DNA of 64,000 nucleotides. Source: an uncultured delta proteobacterium. Lineage in GTDB: Bacteria > Myxococcota_A > Polyangia > Polyangiales > Polyangiaceae. Shown here in pieces: positions 61,969 through 64,000 of this stretch. A program made the position numbers and the translations under genes. Where the stretch lies: the NCBI GenBank assembly GCA_963841435.1, contig CAWJCS010000006.1, positions 1,568,001-1,632,000 of the forward strand, given 5' to 3'. The notes below the pieces were generated by a model. That model searched no databases. It was not told the origin of the DNA and saw nothing but the letters and a program-made list of their open reading frames with translations. Each line of letters starts with the position of its first letter. The first letter of the stretch is position 1.

Positions 61969-64000
61969 ATGACGGCGATCGAGGTTCTGGTGCGAACTCC
62001 CGCGGCTCCGTCGCCCCTTGGGGCCGTGCTCGGGACCTTGGATTTCATCGTGGACGGCGTCAATCTGACGGCGCGCCTGGGCCACGGCGCAGCGCTCGGC
62101 TTACTCGGTGAGCTCGGGGGAGGCCTTTCGGCGCTGTGTCGCGGCAGGCTCGACCGCTTCACCACGCCCTTTTACTCCGGGGACGAGGCCTGGGAGGTCG
62201 GCATCGAGGCGGACGGAGCCGATTTGCTCGTCAGTGTCTTCCGGACGGCGCCCTCGGTGGCCATCGCGGTCCACGAGCGCCGGGTCGAGCTCCTGGCCTT
62301 CCGGACCGCCATTGCCAGTGCCCTCGACCGCGCCCTCGACGGGGGCAACGCCGGCGCGCCGGGCGCGCTGCGCTCGGCCCGCGACGGGCTCGCCTCGCCC
62401 TGGCCGAGCTATGGCCGTGCCCCCCTTGCCCACCGCAAGCTCACCGTGTCGAGCAGCGAGGACGCTCCCTTCGTCATCGAGGCCGAAACGCGGCTGCGCG
62501 TCGTCCCGGCTCGACCAGCGGCGGGCGGCGACGAGCCCCGGCTCGAGCGGGCGGACCTGCACGCGTTGCTCGCATCGGGCTCCCTCCGGCTGCGCGCCGG
62601 CGAGGCCGTCGTCGAGCTCGATCGCACGTTCCCTTTCCTGGCCGCCGAGCGTCTGCTCGGCCTCGCCCAGGAAGTCCTCGACGCACGACGCGACCATCGC
62701 CCGCTGTTTCGTCGCGTCGAGGTGAACGACGCCCAGATCGCACTCAGGAGCCTGCCCAAGGAGCAACACGTGGTGCTGCGCGTGCCGCCACGCCCGGGCT
62801 CGGACGAGGGGCAGGCGCTCGCGGGCGTCGACGGCCACGACTTCGCGCGCGGCGTCGCGTCGTTCGCGCTCGCGTTCGCCTGCGCGGCGGCCGAGACCGA
62901 CCCGGCGCAGGAGAAGAACCTGCGCCTCTCGCACCTCGCCCGCGAGGCGCGCGCGCTCGAGCAGCGGCTCGCCCTCGAAGCGGCCGATGACTCGCTGAAG
63001 AACCCCGATCCGGACAGCTACCGGAGCTTCGGCCTGCCGCGCCGCGAGAGTGGACGAGGCGCTTGGACGCACGGCGGCAAGATGCGCTTTTTGCCGCGCT
63101 GGGTCGCGAGCGTGCCCAACATCGATCTCGCTGCCACGTTCCTGTGCGGCGAGCGCCTGCTCGTGGGGTCCCCCCGCCAGACGGCCTGCCTCGACCGCAC
63201 GACGGGCGCCGTGCTGTTCCGCCGCGCGCTGCCGCGCGCCCTGTCCGTGCCCACGCCGCTCGGTCTCGCGCGGCTCGCCGACGACGGCACGGTGACCCTC
63301 TACGATCTCGAGCGCGGCGAGCCGCGTTTCACGCTCCGCCTCTCGCCTCGCGGCGGCGTGGCCACGACGGCGGCGGTCGTCAACGCGCCGGGCTTGCCGC
63401 GACTGCTCGCGCTGTCCGAAAACGACCGCAGCGTCGCGGCCATCGACCTCGTGACCGGCGATCTGCGCTGGCGCTACACCCAGCCGCGGGGCTCGTCCTT
63501 CCGCCTGCGCCGCGCGGGCCGGCTGCTTCTGCTCGCGGGCGGCGACTCGGCGCTCGTCGCGCTCGACGCCGCGAGCGGCGAGGTCGTGTGGCGCGTTCGC
63601 GATCGACTGCCCTTCACCGGTGACCTCATCGTCGACCGCGACGCCGCGTTCGCGACGGCGGGCGGACCGATCGGCCCGACGCGCCTTCTGCACGTGGATC
63701 TCTGGAGCGGCGAGGTGCGCTGGAGCCGCGAGATCGGCGCTCGTCCCGCGCCCTACCAGCCCCCACTCGTGACCCCCGACGTCGTCGCCGTGCCGACTCG
63801 TGATCGGCGTGGCTCGGGGCTCGCGTGGTTCTCGCGCGCCTCGGGCGAGCCGCTCGGCTGCCACGAGCCCGGGCTCAGCGCGCCTGCCACGGCATGGCTC
63901 GCCGTGGATGATCTCCTGCTCGCCAACTCCGCGCTCGGCAAGCTCATCGCCCTCGAGGCCGCCACGGGCAAGACCCGCTACGTGCGCGACTTCTCGCGTC
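61969..64000 (+). CDS. Large protein with PQQ-like beta-propeller repeats (runs off the window edge)
   Basis: Open frame from ATG 61969 (MTAIEVLVR) to the window end, absent from the ORF track because it has no stop; repeats AIDLVTGDLRW, ALDAASGEVVW, VDLWSGEVRW. Confidence 0.8.
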   Translation, partial: MTAIEVLVRTPAAPSPLGAVLGTLDFIVDGVNLTARLGHGAALGLLGELGGGLSALCRGRLDRFTTPFYSGDEAWEVGIEADGADLLVSVFRTAPSVAIAVHERRVELLAFRTAIASALDRALDGGNAGAPGALRSARDGLASPWPSYGRAPLAHRKLTVSSSEDAPFVIEAETRLRVVPARPAAGGDEPRLERADLHALLASGSLRLRAGEAVVELDRTFPFLAAERLLGLAQEVLDARRDHRPLFRRVEVNDAQIALRSLPKEQHVVLRVPPRPGSDEGQALAGVDGHDFARGVASFALAFACAAAETDPAQEKNLRLSHLAREARALEQRLALEAADDSLKNPDPDSYRSFGLPRRESGRGAWTHGGKMRFLPRWVASVPNIDLAATFLCGERLLVGSPRQTACLDRTTGAVLFRRALPRALSVPTPLGLARLADDGTVTLYDLERGEPRFTLRLSPRGGVATTAAVVNAPGLPRLLALSENDRSVAAIDLVTGDLRWRYTQPRGSSFRLRRAGRLLLLAGGDSALVALDAASGEVVWRVRDRLPFTGDLIVDRDAAFATAGGPIGPTRLLHVDLWSGEVRWSREIGARPAPYQPPLVTPDVVAVPTRDRRGSGLAWFSRASGEPLGCHEPGLSAPATAWLAVDDLLLANSALGKLIALEAATGKTRYVRDFSR

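Overview
GC-rich chromosomal segment, most consistent with a myxobacterium (Myxococcota, probably Polyangiaceae-like). This is inferred from gene content, the many Gly/Ser-linker lipoproteins and Myxococcus-type LexA boxes. Mostly housekeeping: ddl (partial), PP2C phosphatase, FIST protein, an isolated FlhA/SctV homologue, rpsA, a pheA-hisC-aroA-cmk operon, smc, dnaE2 and imuA-imuB, larE, rpsO-pnp, and an rpoN-hpf-ptsN-hprK-rapZ-ptsH-ptsI operon. No rRNA, tRNA, CRISPR array or mobile element was recognised. Main observations: (1) AroA and PheA are full-length but have lost many catalytic residues, and the operon carries related lipoprotein genes and no tyrA. (2) A LexA-type CTGAACA-N6-CAG box lies before dnaE2 and imuA, and also between fmdB and smc. 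(3) Mirror-image ECF promoters (TGTCAC-N16-CGTTA) link an ECF/anti-sigma pair to a mini ExbB-like gene. (4) The orphan SctV has a shortened cytoplasmic domain. (5) One NtrC-like regulator lacks GAFTGA and the arginine finger. Five +1 frameshifts and one in-frame TGA look like long-read consensus errors, three of them at CGATC sites. All calls come from manual motif recognition; no database searches were run.
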